A stretch of DNA of 64,000 nucleotides from Desulfobulbaceae bacterium DB1 (lineage in GTDB: Bacteria; Desulfobacterota; Desulfobulbia; Desulfobulbales; SURF-16), in NCBI GenBank assembly GCA_001914235.1, contig MQUF01000009.1, forward strand, positions 11,614 to 75,613, given 5' to 3'. Shown in pieces: positions 1 to 8,594 of this stretch. The position numbers were made by a program, and so were the translations under genes. Numbering within the stretch: position 1 is the stretch's first letter; each line of letters begins with the position of its first letter. The notes beneath the pieces were generated by a model. It ran no database searches, was not told where the DNA came from, and saw nothing but the letters and a program-made list of their open reading frames with translations.

Positions 1-201
1 GAGAGCATGCCGGAACTCGTCCAGTACATCATGCTGGCCGCGCCTAACACCCACTACGTTCAGATAGCGCAAGCCATCCTCTTCCGCGATGCAGGTTTTG
101 AAGTCGTCTGGTCTCAGTTTGTCTTTCTCGTCCTGATAGGGGCAACCTTGTTTGGCTTTACGCTTGCGCGATTTCGCAAGACCATTGGGAGCATGGGATG
201 A
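1..201 (+). CDS. C-terminal fragment of an ABC-2 type transporter permease (gene begins upstream of the window)
   Basis: The reading frame is open to the window edge. The terminal hydrophobic helix VFLVLIGATLFGFTLARF and the motif NTHYVQIAQAILFRDAG resemble the C-terminus of YhhJ/ABC-2 permeases. Its stop overlaps the next start (ATGA at 198-201). Confidence 0.45.
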   Translation, partial: ESMPELVQYIMLAAPNTHYVQIAQAILFRDAGFEVVWSQFVFLVLIGATLFGFTLARFRKTIGSMG

Positions 202-1244
202 GCAGCGCCACAACACTTCCGATAGAGAACAGATCCCCCAGTTTTGCATGCCTGGCTGGCTTTGCGACTATCATTCTGATGGTCGGTTGCTTTTGTCCAT
301 CAGCCTCCGTTGCCGCCAATCAAAGCGCGGAAAAGGGAATATGGAGCTTTGTTCTTGAAAATGACCTCTTTGCCAATGCCGACGATCATTATACAAACGG
401 CCTGAGGGTATCCTGGCTGTCCGGCAAGAACCAAACGCCGGAGTGGGCGTTGAACATGGCTGACCGGTTTCCATTGTTTCCCGCCGATAAGGCCGTGAGG
501 ATGAGTTTCTCGGTGGGCCAGAACATGTACACCCCAGAAGACATCACCCTGGAGAATCCACCACTTGATGATCGGCCTTATGCGGGATGGCTGTATACCT
601 CCGTTGGCTTGGTCGCCGAAACCGGGCAGCGGCTCGATCAACTTGAATTAAGCGTGGGCGTGGTAGGCCCGGCCTCGCTTGCGGAACAGAGCCAGAAGCT
701 CATCCACTCTTTTGTCGACTCCGATGACCCGCGAGGCTGGGACACCCAACTCAAGAACGAACCTGGGTTCATTCTGACCTATGCCCGTAGTTGGCGAGGC
801 TTGATATCAAAGTCGCTTCTTGGTGTGCCCTTCGATCTGACCCCCCATGCCGGAGTAGCCCTGGGTAACGTGTTCACCACCGCCAATGCCGGTGTAACAC
901 TGCGCTATGGCGAAAACATGCCGAACGACTATGGTCCTCCCCGAATTCAACCCAGTTTGCCGGGTTCAGGCTTTTTTATCCCTCAGCACGGTTTCGGCTG
1001 GTACCTGTTTGCGGGAATTGAGGGCCGGGCCGTCGCCCGCAACATCTTTCTTGACGGCAACACCTTTCGCGACAGCCGTAGCGTGGACAAAGAACCGCTG
1101 GTAGGTGACCTCCAGTTCGGTATCGCTATTACCTGGCGGAACCTGCGTTTGGGCTATACCCATGTGCTCAGGACACGGGAGTTCAAAGGCCAGGGCGACC
1201 GCCGCGATGATTTCGGGGCGCTCAGCCTTTCACTACAACTTTGA
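198..1244 (+). CDS. lpxR: LpxR-like outer-membrane lipid A 3-O-deacylase (DUF2219 family)
   Basis: 348-aa ORF with an N-terminal hydrophobic signal-like segment. The motif ENDLFANADDHYTNGLRVSWLS and the beta-barrel-like alternating sequence are typical of the LpxR family. Confidence 0.6.
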   Translation: MSSATTLPIENRSPSFACLAGFATIILMVGCFCPSASVAANQSAEKGIWSFVLENDLFANADDHYTNGLRVSWLSGKNQTPEWALNMADRFPLFPADKAVRMSFSVGQNMYTPEDITLENPPLDDRPYAGWLYTSVGLVAETGQRLDQLELSVGVVGPASLAEQSQKLIHSFVDSDDPRGWDTQLKNEPGFILTYARSWRGLISKSLLGVPFDLTPHAGVALGNVFTTANAGVTLRYGENMPNDYGPPRIQPSLPGSGFFIPQHGFGWYLFAGIEGRAVARNIFLDGNTFRDSRSVDKEPLVGDLQFGIAITWRNLRLGYTHVLRTREFKGQGDRRDDFGALSLSLQL

Positions 1245-1724
1245 TAGTACACGTTACGCGTGGTGGATCAATTGGTTACTTCACTATCCTGCCTGGTCTT
1301 TTTGAAACCCGACAAATCACCTTTTTTTCCTTGCCTTTTTCGGCCTAATCCATAAGAATAAGGTCATTATTCCGGCTCATTTCACAATGAGATACCCCTT
1401 TTCAGGGTTTAGCTGAACACATTTTTCGTGTTCTTGAATTCCAGGTACCACAGCCTCACATTTATTGGTACGTCCAGGTTTAATCGTGGATGCGAACCTG
1501 CGCCGTCATATAATTTTTGCATGGCTGCCTCATCTTTTTCTTCTTTATTCCCTATGTTATCTTCGCCTTCGCTCCGGGTTTAATCACTTTTGTGAACCTC
1601 TAGGTCCGCCAGGCGAGATATTTTTTTCGGTAAATCCATCAACCCATCAATCGGGAGCGGAACAATCTATGCTCCCATCGGGGCGTTGTTGTTTTTCTCC
1701 CACTACAAACAGGAGGAAACAACA

Positions 1725-2378
1725 ATGTCAGCAACACTCAAGGAAAAGATCGATCAGATCAACAAAAGATTACGGTCTTTCGGCAAGGAAGCGGTCCAGG
1801 AAATCAAAATGACGGGCAAGGACGGCAAGGTCATCGGCCAGATAAAATACGGCTACCGGCCCCAGTACGTATTCGATTCCGTCAACGAATTCATTGGACC
1901 TGAACACTGGAAGTATGAATTGACCAAGGAAGAGATCTTCGACACTCAGGCGGTGGCCGAAGTAAAACTCTTTCTCAAGGTCGACGGAGATTGGCTCTGC
2001 AAAGGTTCACAGAAAGGCCAGATGCAGATTGTCAAAGGCAATGTCGGCGATGCCCAGAAAGGCGCGATCACCGATGCCATTCAGAAATGCATGTCGCTTC
2101 TCTCCATCGGCAGCGATTCCTACAAGGGGTTGCTGAGCAAAATCTATCAGGCAAATCCCCCGAAAACCCAGTCCGGCAGCAAACAAGCGGACAAAAAAAC
2201 AGCGGACCAGAGCAACAAACCTACGGCCATGCCCAAGATCGCCGGCGTCACCTTTGAAGATCGTCAAGGTGTCATCGTCGCCATTGGAGACAGGCTGTAC
2301 GATAAGAAGGAACTGCTCAAGGCCGCCGGCTTTCAATGGGACAAGTCCGAAAAGACCTGGATGAGAAAAGCTGCGTAG
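1725..2378 (+). CDS. Rad52/Sak-like single-strand annealing protein with a small C-terminal DUF5710-like tail
   Basis: AGGAGG lies 8 nt upstream of the ATG at 1725, an internal Met of the tracked ORF 1686-2378. The motifs YRPQYVFDSVNEFIGPEHWKYE and GDAQKGAITDAIQKCMSLLSIGSDSY match the Rad52-family annealing core. The tail LYDKKELLKAAGFQWDKSEKTW resembles a small domain seen in mobile-element proteins. Confidence 0.6.
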   Translation: MSATLKEKIDQINKRLRSFGKEAVQEIKMTGKDGKVIGQIKYGYRPQYVFDSVNEFIGPEHWKYELTKEEIFDTQAVAEVKLFLKVDGDWLCKGSQKGQMQIVKGNVGDAQKGAITDAIQKCMSLLSIGSDSYKGLLSKIYQANPPKTQSGSKQADKKTADQSNKPTAMPKIAGVTFEDRQGVIVAIGDRLYDKKELLKAAGFQWDKSEKTWMRKAA

Positions 2379-2392
2379 CATGCAGAATTCCG

Positions 2393-2437
2393 TGTCACGC
2401 ATGTGTCACGTGACTGTCACGTGACTATAACGTGACA
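2393..2437. promoter_or_regulatory. Operator-like array of TGTCACG half-sites, including two tandem perfect 10-bp palindromes GTCACGTGAC
   Basis: TGTCACG occurs at 2393-2399. TGTCACGTGAC occurs at 2404-2414 and again at 2415-2425 (11-bp period). The inverted half-site CGTGACA is at 2431-2437. A -10-like TATAAC (2426-2431) sits between sites. Confidence 0.5.
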
Positions 2438-2591
2438 GTATGCACCACCCATCAATTCATCATCCTTAATTCTGCATTCTTCATTGGTTCCCCCAGGAAC
2501 CCAACCACCCGTAACCCAGAGGGAGTGATACCATTCCCCTGGCGGGAATCCGTGTATCCTCCCCGAATAATCAATTATGGAGGATACTCAC

Positions 2592-3413
2592 ATGTCAGAC
2601 CAGTTAATGATCACCCTGAAGGCCGCTCTTCAGCAGTTGGCCATTCAGCAAACCGTGGAAACGCTCGGCGACCGTGCCACTTATCTCGGCGCATCCGATA
2701 TCGCCGCCTGCCCACGCAAAACCATTCTTTCAAAAATCAATCCCCCTGAAGCCGATCTGGTGACCCTGCTTCGTTTCAGGCGCGGGCACATGGCTGAAGA
2801 CATCGTGGCAGCAGCGTTTTCCGCCGCCGGCTTTACCAATTTCACCCGGCAGGTGGAAGTTCAGTACGCAGGAGATGTCCCGGTCACAGCCCACATCGAC
2901 TTCGTCTTCACATCCGAAATCAGGAAGACCATGGCCGTTCTGGAAGTGAAATCTCCGGAGACCATCCCGGCACATCCATACGGCTCCTGGGAAACCCAGC
3001 TCTATTTGCAGATGGGACTGCTTGCCGCGGCCTATCCCGAGTACACCGTCGAAAAGGGCGCAATACTTGCGGTCAACTTCGTTGCGTCGGGCATGGCGCT
3101 GTTTAACGGCTACACGCCACAGGCAACTATTTTTGAAGGTTTGATCGACCGGGCATGCACCATCTGGAGCGATTATCGGAAGGTTATGACGGATGCGTCA
3201 ACGGTACCGGCCATGGAGGTCAGCCCCTTGTGCGGTTATTGCCCCTTTGTGGCGGACTGTCCGAAATTCGAGGCCGAAGAGGTCCGGGAACTCACCGAAA
3301 GCGTCGAGATCCTCACCGAACTGCAACAACAGCAGAAGAACCTCGAAAAGGACATCGACATCCGCAAAAGGGATCTCCTGGCTGTCGAGCCCGGTCGGCC
3401 CCGCCAGGTATAG
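2592..3413 (+). CDS. Cas4-like PD-(D/E)XK nuclease with a four-cysteine (Fe-S type) cluster
   Basis: GGAGGA lies 7 nt upstream of the ATG at 2592. The nuclease motifs are HIDFV, LEVKS (D...ExK) and QLYLQMG (QxxxY). One N-terminal Cys (AACPRK) plus the C-terminal CGYCPFVADC give the Cas4/RecB-family 4-Cys pattern. Confidence 0.65.
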   Translation: MSDQLMITLKAALQQLAIQQTVETLGDRATYLGASDIAACPRKTILSKINPPEADLVTLLRFRRGHMAEDIVAAAFSAAGFTNFTRQVEVQYAGDVPVTAHIDFVFTSEIRKTMAVLEVKSPETIPAHPYGSWETQLYLQMGLLAAAYPEYTVEKGAILAVNFVASGMALFNGYTPQATIFEGLIDRACTIWSDYRKVMTDASTVPAMEVSPLCGYCPFVADCPKFEAEEVRELTESVEILTELQQQQKNLEKDIDIRKRDLLAVEPGRPRQV

Positions 3414-3605
3414 TCAGGGATTGCGGGTGACAACGCAATCCCTTTTTTTTTGTGGTCTCCTCCCCGGAGATCGGGCAATGCTCCTTCTTGTCACAACAAG
3501 CACATCTCTTTCCTGCCGTTGCCTTTTTCCCGAGCCGTAAATATGCAGGGTATGCTTTTGGCGGAGAACTGGTCAGGTTGTTGGAGCTTGATGATTTTGC
3601 TGAAT

Positions 3606-3656
3606 AAAAAACCGGCGCAAACCGCAGTTGACACTGCGGTTTGCGCCGGTTTTTTA
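3606..3656. terminator. Bidirectional rho-independent terminator
   Basis: Perfect 17-bp stem ACCGGCGCAAACCGCAG / CTGCGGTTTGCGCCGGT with a 6-nt loop. It is flanked by an A-run on the left and a T-run on the right, and lies between convergent genes. Confidence 0.85.
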
Positions 3657-3679
3657 TTTTCCGCTTCCGCTTCTGAGAT

Positions 3680-4576
3680 TTACGCTTCGTACAACCAGTT
3701 GTTGAACTCGTCAAGGAGGTTGTCTGTGAGCATGTTTTTTTGACCAGGCATGGTGCTGAAGGGGATGTTTTTTTCTTCCTGGTCAATCGCCTTATGGGCA
3801 ATGGGCAAACTGAGCGGAGCCAGGCGTGGATGTTTTTCCATGGTCTGCTTGATCCGGTGCATCATGTGGCGGGCGGTGGGTATGTCATTTTCCCGGCGGG
3901 AATTGAATGCGTCATTTCCGGTTTGGCTCTCCATGTCTCTGGCTTCAAGAAAATCCTTAATCTGTTGCCATTGAGCCTGCAGCGTTTCCGCATATTTCAT
4001 CTCGCCCGTGTATGCCTCGTCGATAATCGACGATATTCCGGCAAAATTTTCCGCCAGTTTTTGTTGCAGCGAATCAGATGCAGGCAGGGGGTGGTACTCG
4101 GTCAACTGGGAGGCTGACCATCTTTCCTGGTAACTGAACGAAGCTGAGAGTTGAGAAATTGAACCCATGTCGCCGATCGTCAGTGCCTCGTTCATCGCCT
4201 TGTCCATGTTGCCGCGGTAAAAATGACCGGCAATGGAGGAAAGATCCTTTAACAGCTCGGCAATGTCGGCCAGCTCCTCCTCGTTCAGGTCTCCGGCGAC
4301 GGAAAGGTTAAAGGAATTGATGGAAAGCTTGGAGGTGGTGAAGTTCACCCCATGCTGCAAAGGGGTCGTCCATTTTTCCGCACTCTGGGAGGACGCATAC
4401 TCCTGGAAGTTGGAAATGGTAACCACATCGCCTTCATCGGTTGTTATGGAGATATTGGCTTCGCTGCGCCGGGCCAGTGATTCCCTGTAGCTGCTCACTC
4501 CTTTGTCATTTGTCAAAGGGATCCGGTTGCTTTGCAGAAAAGGGGCTGGATTGGCGTTGTTGATGGGATTTGTCAT
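3680..4576 (-). CDS. Hypothetical protein (298 aa), no family recognised
   Basis: Long ORF, co-directional with and 79 nt downstream of glgP, ending at the bidirectional terminator. The composition looks coding. It has no TM segment or signal peptide. An acidic central segment reads LNEEELADIAELLKDLSS. Confidence 0.6.
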   Translation of the reverse strand: MTNPINNANPAPFLQSNRIPLTNDKGVSSYRESLARRSEANISITTDEGDVVTISNFQEYASSQSAEKWTTPLQHGVNFTTSKLSINSFNLSVAGDLNEEELADIAELLKDLSSIAGHFYRGNMDKAMNEALTIGDMGSISQLSASFSYQERWSASQLTEYHPLPASDSLQQKLAENFAGISSIIDEAYTGEMKYAETLQAQWQQIKDFLEARDMESQTGNDAFNSRRENDIPTARHMMHRIKQTMEKHPRLAPLSLPIAHKAIDQEEKNIPFSTMPGQKNMLTDNLLDEFNNWLYEA

Positions 4577-4655
4577 GACTTTTCTCCGCAGGCTGTATTA
4601 GTCATTTGTGGTTATAAACAACTAATCGGCAGCTGCGGAGAAATCTTTATTTTTT

Positions 4656-6821
4656 TTATGCGTCGCTTTGGTAAATTTTTCGCAACCGCTCCAATCTTTT
4701 TTCAACTCCGTCGGGCAACTTCATGTTGTATCTTTCCACATACTCGCCGGCCATGCGATGCGTATTAAAGATAGGGCAGTTCAGTTGCAGATTGTGGATA
4801 CACTTATCGATATAATTGGAATGGAGATTGATATCATAGAACGTTTCAAGGATGTGAGGGAAAATTTCGTAGAACGAATCCGAATCCTGTTCATAAAGAA
4901 GAGCATTCGGTGCTTCACTGAGACTGGCATCGTCGATTGCCGATTCATAGCCGAATTTCCAGCCGGTTTTGCCTTCATGATAGCCTTCAACCCACCAGCC
5001 GTCCATGGTACTGATGTTGGGAATACCGTTGATGGCGGCCTTCATGCCGCTGGTGCCGCTGGCTTCAAGGGGCCGTTTGGGACTGTTGAGCCAGGCATGG
5101 ACGCCTGAAACCATCATTTTGGCAATCTTCATATCGTAGCCGGGAATAAAAATCAACTTCGCCAAACCTTTACTTTTGATATACAGATCTTCCTGGATAT
5201 CAAGAACGAGTTTGATGATCGACTTGCCTGGTTCGTCCGAAGGATGGGCCTTTCCCGCATAAATAAAGTTAACGGGAAAATTGTTTTTGACGATGATGTC
5301 GGCCAGTGTCCTCATGTCGTCGAAAATAAGATCAGCCCGTTTATAGGTGGAGAATCTCCTGGCAAAACCAATGGTGAAAACATCGGGATTGAGTTCAGGC
5401 ACGCCGTCATCGAGATTGGACAGATAGTTGGGGGGGTCAATCCAGGTTTCATGCATCTGCTTGCGGTGCAAGGCGAGCATTTCATTGACATAGTTGATTA
5501 ATTTAATGGTATCCTGTGCCCAGGCCTGTTCAAATGCCTCACGGAATGCGTCCGAAGTGAGGAGGAGGCCGGCATTGATGAAAACGGAAGGATCTTCCCG
5601 CCAGTTTTTCAGTTCCGTGAAACTGTCGTAAAGAGCGGCCTTTGCATCGCTGATCCAGGTCAGATGATGGACGCCATTGGTGATTGCGCTGATTTTTTCG
5701 GCAAACTGGGGGAACTGTTTCCTGGTGACTTCCTTGTGAAGTCGACTGACGCTGTTGGTCGCACGATTAACCCGCATGGCCAGCGACGTGAAATTATACT
5801 GGTTGGGATTTTCTTCGTCCTGGGCGAGCAGATGCAACACCTTGCCGCAGAAGGCATGGCCGATCTGACTGATGATGTTTTTGTCGAAACGATCATGTCC
5901 GGCCTTGACCGGTGTATGGATGGTGAAAACGATGCTTTTGGCGGCATGCTCCGCTGCCTGCATGATGTCGGTATCGGTCGCTTTGGTTTGGTAATCCCTG
6001 CCCAGCGTTTCCTCGAGCCGTTCGGCAATGAGGCTCAGGACGAGAATGACTCCATGCTGCTCGTTGAGATGAAATGTTTTGCTGGTCAGGCCGAGTTTCT
6101 TTTTCACGGCGATAACCGAGGCGCCAAGTAATCTCCGCTGAACCGCTTTCGCCTGATCGGAAACACTCTCGTAAAGTCTTTGCGAAACCTCCCTGATAAA
6201 GTCAGGTGAAGAAGGAACGCTGTAGTCAAGCAGGATTTCCGGGACAAAAAAATCAAGATTGGCGCTGACCTCCATTTTTAGCCAGAGTCGGGCAATGGCC
6301 AGCACTTCCCTGTCCTTTTCGTCATAAAAGGGCACCTCTATCTCCAAGGGCAGGTCCGGAAAATCAGGGTTTTTCATCAAATAAAGGGTCGGGGTATTTT
6401 CCGGGGACCAGTCGGTTGCCGTTGATATCTGGCCAAGTCGAGAATCAACCAATTGGGAAAAATAACCTTTGCGGTACAGCAGGGAAATTGCGATTGAAGG
6501 GATTTTGAGATCGGCAAAGCTTTTCAAGGTGTCACCAGCCAGAATACCAAGTCCGCCGCTATAGTTCGGGATTTTATCCGGGCCATGAAGGAAAAGTTTG
6601 GAAAAATGGCGGAGCACATTCGATGATGCTTTTTCAATAGCTGTTTGTTGGAGCCGGGTTTTGATCGGATGATAAACGTCCCGGTCGGCTCCGATCTCCA
6701 TGGAAATATATATGACGGAATTTCCATCAGGAGAGGTGAGGTTGTGCCAGACCCCATCGAGTGTTTTTTGTGTTATTCCGAAAAATGTTCCCCAACGGTT
6801 GGTGGCAATATAGTTATTCAT
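4656..6821 (-). CDS. glgP: Alpha-glucan phosphorylase (GT35, archaeal/bacterial GlgP type)
   Basis: 721 aa. Motifs YSGGLGILAGDTLKS and GTSGMKAAINGIPNISTMDGWWVEGY (PLP-lysine region) are typical of the alpha-glucan phosphorylase family. Confidence 0.9.
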   Translation of the reverse strand: MNNYIATNRWGTFFGITQKTLDGVWHNLTSPDGNSVIYISMEIGADRDVYHPIKTRLQQTAIEKASSNVLRHFSKLFLHGPDKIPNYSGGLGILAGDTLKSFADLKIPSIAISLLYRKGYFSQLVDSRLGQISTATDWSPENTPTLYLMKNPDFPDLPLEIEVPFYDEKDREVLAIARLWLKMEVSANLDFFVPEILLDYSVPSSPDFIREVSQRLYESVSDQAKAVQRRLLGASVIAVKKKLGLTSKTFHLNEQHGVILVLSLIAERLEETLGRDYQTKATDTDIMQAAEHAAKSIVFTIHTPVKAGHDRFDKNIISQIGHAFCGKVLHLLAQDEENPNQYNFTSLAMRVNRATNSVSRLHKEVTRKQFPQFAEKISAITNGVHHLTWISDAKAALYDSFTELKNWREDPSVFINAGLLLTSDAFREAFEQAWAQDTIKLINYVNEMLALHRKQMHETWIDPPNYLSNLDDGVPELNPDVFTIGFARRFSTYKRADLIFDDMRTLADIIVKNNFPVNFIYAGKAHPSDEPGKSIIKLVLDIQEDLYIKSKGLAKLIFIPGYDMKIAKMMVSGVHAWLNSPKRPLEASGTSGMKAAINGIPNISTMDGWWVEGYHEGKTGWKFGYESAIDDASLSEAPNALLYEQDSDSFYEIFPHILETFYDINLHSNYIDKCIHNLQLNCPIFNTHRMAGEYVERYNMKLPDGVEKRLERLRKIYQSDA

Positions 6822-7114
6822 TATTATAGTTAGTCCTGTGAGGCAAAAAGTGCCGGTAAGTAAAAAATAAATAATATTTTTTACTTAATTGATAAATTTT
6901 GCAAGAAAATTGATGAAGAGGAGTGTATAATAGCCGATGTTACAAGAACTCTTTTATTAAGGAGGTTGTATGAGTAATTAATGCAAAAAAAATATAAAAA
7001 AATATTGAATTTCTATTTTTATTTACTATATGTTGTTATAGCCTGAAAAAATTTTTTTTTGCAGGTTTTTTTTATTCTGAACTTCAGCTTTTTTTTGTCG
7101 AGAAAGGAGGCAAA

Positions 7115-7672
7115 ATGATGAAGGTAAAACATGTTCGGATGTTGGCAGTAGCGTCACTTATGTTGTCTGTAACATTCCTCGCCGGTGGTTGCGCCAAAAA
7201 AGCAGTCCCCACCGAGGAAGCACCTGTAGCACCTGTTGAAACACCGCGGGTGGATGTCGGCGATAGGGCAGGGGCTGATGAATCCCTGGATTCCAACCCT
7301 TATACCGCCAGCAATGCCAAAATTTCAGAAGGCAGAACCCACGGCCCCATGCTCCCCGTCTATTTTGATTTTGACAAATCAGATATTCGTGACGATCAGC
7401 AATCACGTATTGAGGGAAATGGGGATTTCCTCAGGGCGTATCCTACCGTTCAGATCAGCATCGAAGGCAACTGTGACGAGCGTGGCACCAACGAGTACAA
7501 CATGGCTCTTGGCGAACGCAGAGCGCAGCAGGCAAAGAAATACCTTGCCAATCTCGGGGTGGACGAGGCGAGGCTGAACACTGTAAGCTACGGCGAGGAA
7601 AAACCGCTTCTTTATGGTCATGATGAATATTCATGGGCACAGAATCGACGCGATGATTTTGTAATTCGCTAA
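7115..7672 (+). CDS. pal: Peptidoglycan-associated lipoprotein Pal (OmpA-like domain)
   Basis: AGGAGG RBS. Lipoprotein signal ...FLAGGC. OmpA-like motif NCDERGTNEYNMALGERRAQQAKKYL. Confidence 0.9.
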   Translation: MMKVKHVRMLAVASLMLSVTFLAGGCAKKAVPTEEAPVAPVETPRVDVGDRAGADESLDSNPYTASNAKISEGRTHGPMLPVYFDFDKSDIRDDQQSRIEGNGDFLRAYPTVQISIEGNCDERGTNEYNMALGERRAQQAKKYLANLGVDEARLNTVSYGEEKPLLYGHDEYSWAQNRRDDFVIR

Positions 7673-7695
7673 AAAATCTTCGTAGTGTTGACCGA

Positions 7696-7735
7696 AAGCC
7701 GGGAAGACTGCTGTCAGTCATTCCCGGCTTTTTTG
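7696..7735 (+). terminator. Rho-independent terminator after pal
   Basis: Stem AAGCCGGGAA / TTCCCGGCTT followed by a T-run. Confidence 0.75.
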
Positions 7736-8041
7736 TATTGCGCATGCATAACTTTCCGTGTTGAATTTGAGGTTGGTTTTGAGTCTGTGAAATCTTCCCC
7801 GACAATATTCGCTTTTTTGCCCTTGATGCGTCAGTTCCGCTGTCATCCAACCCCCATGCGTTATTCCCGAAAGAGGCTGCTGGATTGCCGTTGTTCCCTG
7901 TAATTACACATGTTTTTTTGTTGTTTGAAAGCGCATGCAGGTGCAGAATGGTCAAGCACGTTGGAAAGTTGAGATAATAAAAGAGAGCTGCAATAACTCT
8001 TCCGCGGAAGCAGGAGTTGCACGCGAAATCAGGAGTGAGCC

Positions 8042-8590
8042 ATGAAACTGTATCGAACTGTTCAATTGTTTTTTGCCGCTGGTTTGTTTTGCCTTTTTTT
8101 GGCGCCTGGTCAGGCTTTTTCCGCAAATGCCATGAAGGTGGCGACCATCAGTTTGCAGGAGGTTCTTACCCAATCGAAAGTAGGACAGGAGGCCCAGAAA
8201 CAGTTAGAGGCCAAAGTTCAGGAATTCCAGAATAAATTCGCCGCGGAACAGTCAACTCTTGAAGGACTGGGAGAGGAAATCGAAAAGAAGCGTTCCGTCT
8301 GGAGCCAGGAAATTCTTGAAGGGAAAGAACGTGACTATCAAATGAAGATGAGGGAGTTCAAGCTGAAAACAGATGATGCCCAGTTTGAATTGAAACAGCT
8401 TGAAAAGAAAATCATGGAGCCGATTTTGAAAGACCTCCATGAACTGATTGCCGAATACGGTAAAAAAGAAAATTATCTGCTTATCCTGGAAAATACCAGA
8501 AAGGGTCTGAGCTCACGAACCGGTCTGCTTTATGCGGATGAATCCACCGATATCACCCCGCAAATTTTGAAGATGCTCGATAAAAAATAA
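8042..8590 (+). CDS. skp: OmpH/Skp-family periplasmic chaperone
   Basis: 182 aa with a signal peptide. The body is coiled-coil rich in K/E/Q, which is typical OmpH-family length and composition. Confidence 0.75.
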   Translation: MKLYRTVQLFFAAGLFCLFLAPGQAFSANAMKVATISLQEVLTQSKVGQEAQKQLEAKVQEFQNKFAAEQSTLEGLGEEIEKKRSVWSQEILEGKERDYQMKMREFKLKTDDAQFELKQLEKKIMEPILKDLHELIAEYGKKENYLLILENTRKGLSSRTGLLYADESTDITPQILKMLDKK

Positions 8591-8594
8591 TATT

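Noticed and set aside
1465-1812. A 115-aa plus-strand ORF upstream of, and overlapping, the Rad52-like gene.
   Set aside because: It has no RBS and an implausible composition, and it overlaps the better-supported gene start that has an AGGAGG RBS.
6822-7114. Promoter hexamers in the AT-rich divergent region between glgP and pal (for example TATAAT at about 6928).
   Set aside because: Several -10-like hexamers exist, but none has a properly spaced -35 or a TG extension. The evidence is too ambiguous to call a specific promoter.
7455-8126. A 223-aa minus-strand ORF spanning the pal 3' end, the intergenic region and the skp 5' end.
   Set aside because: It crosses a clear terminator and two well-supported plus-strand genes. 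Its composition is non-coding-like.
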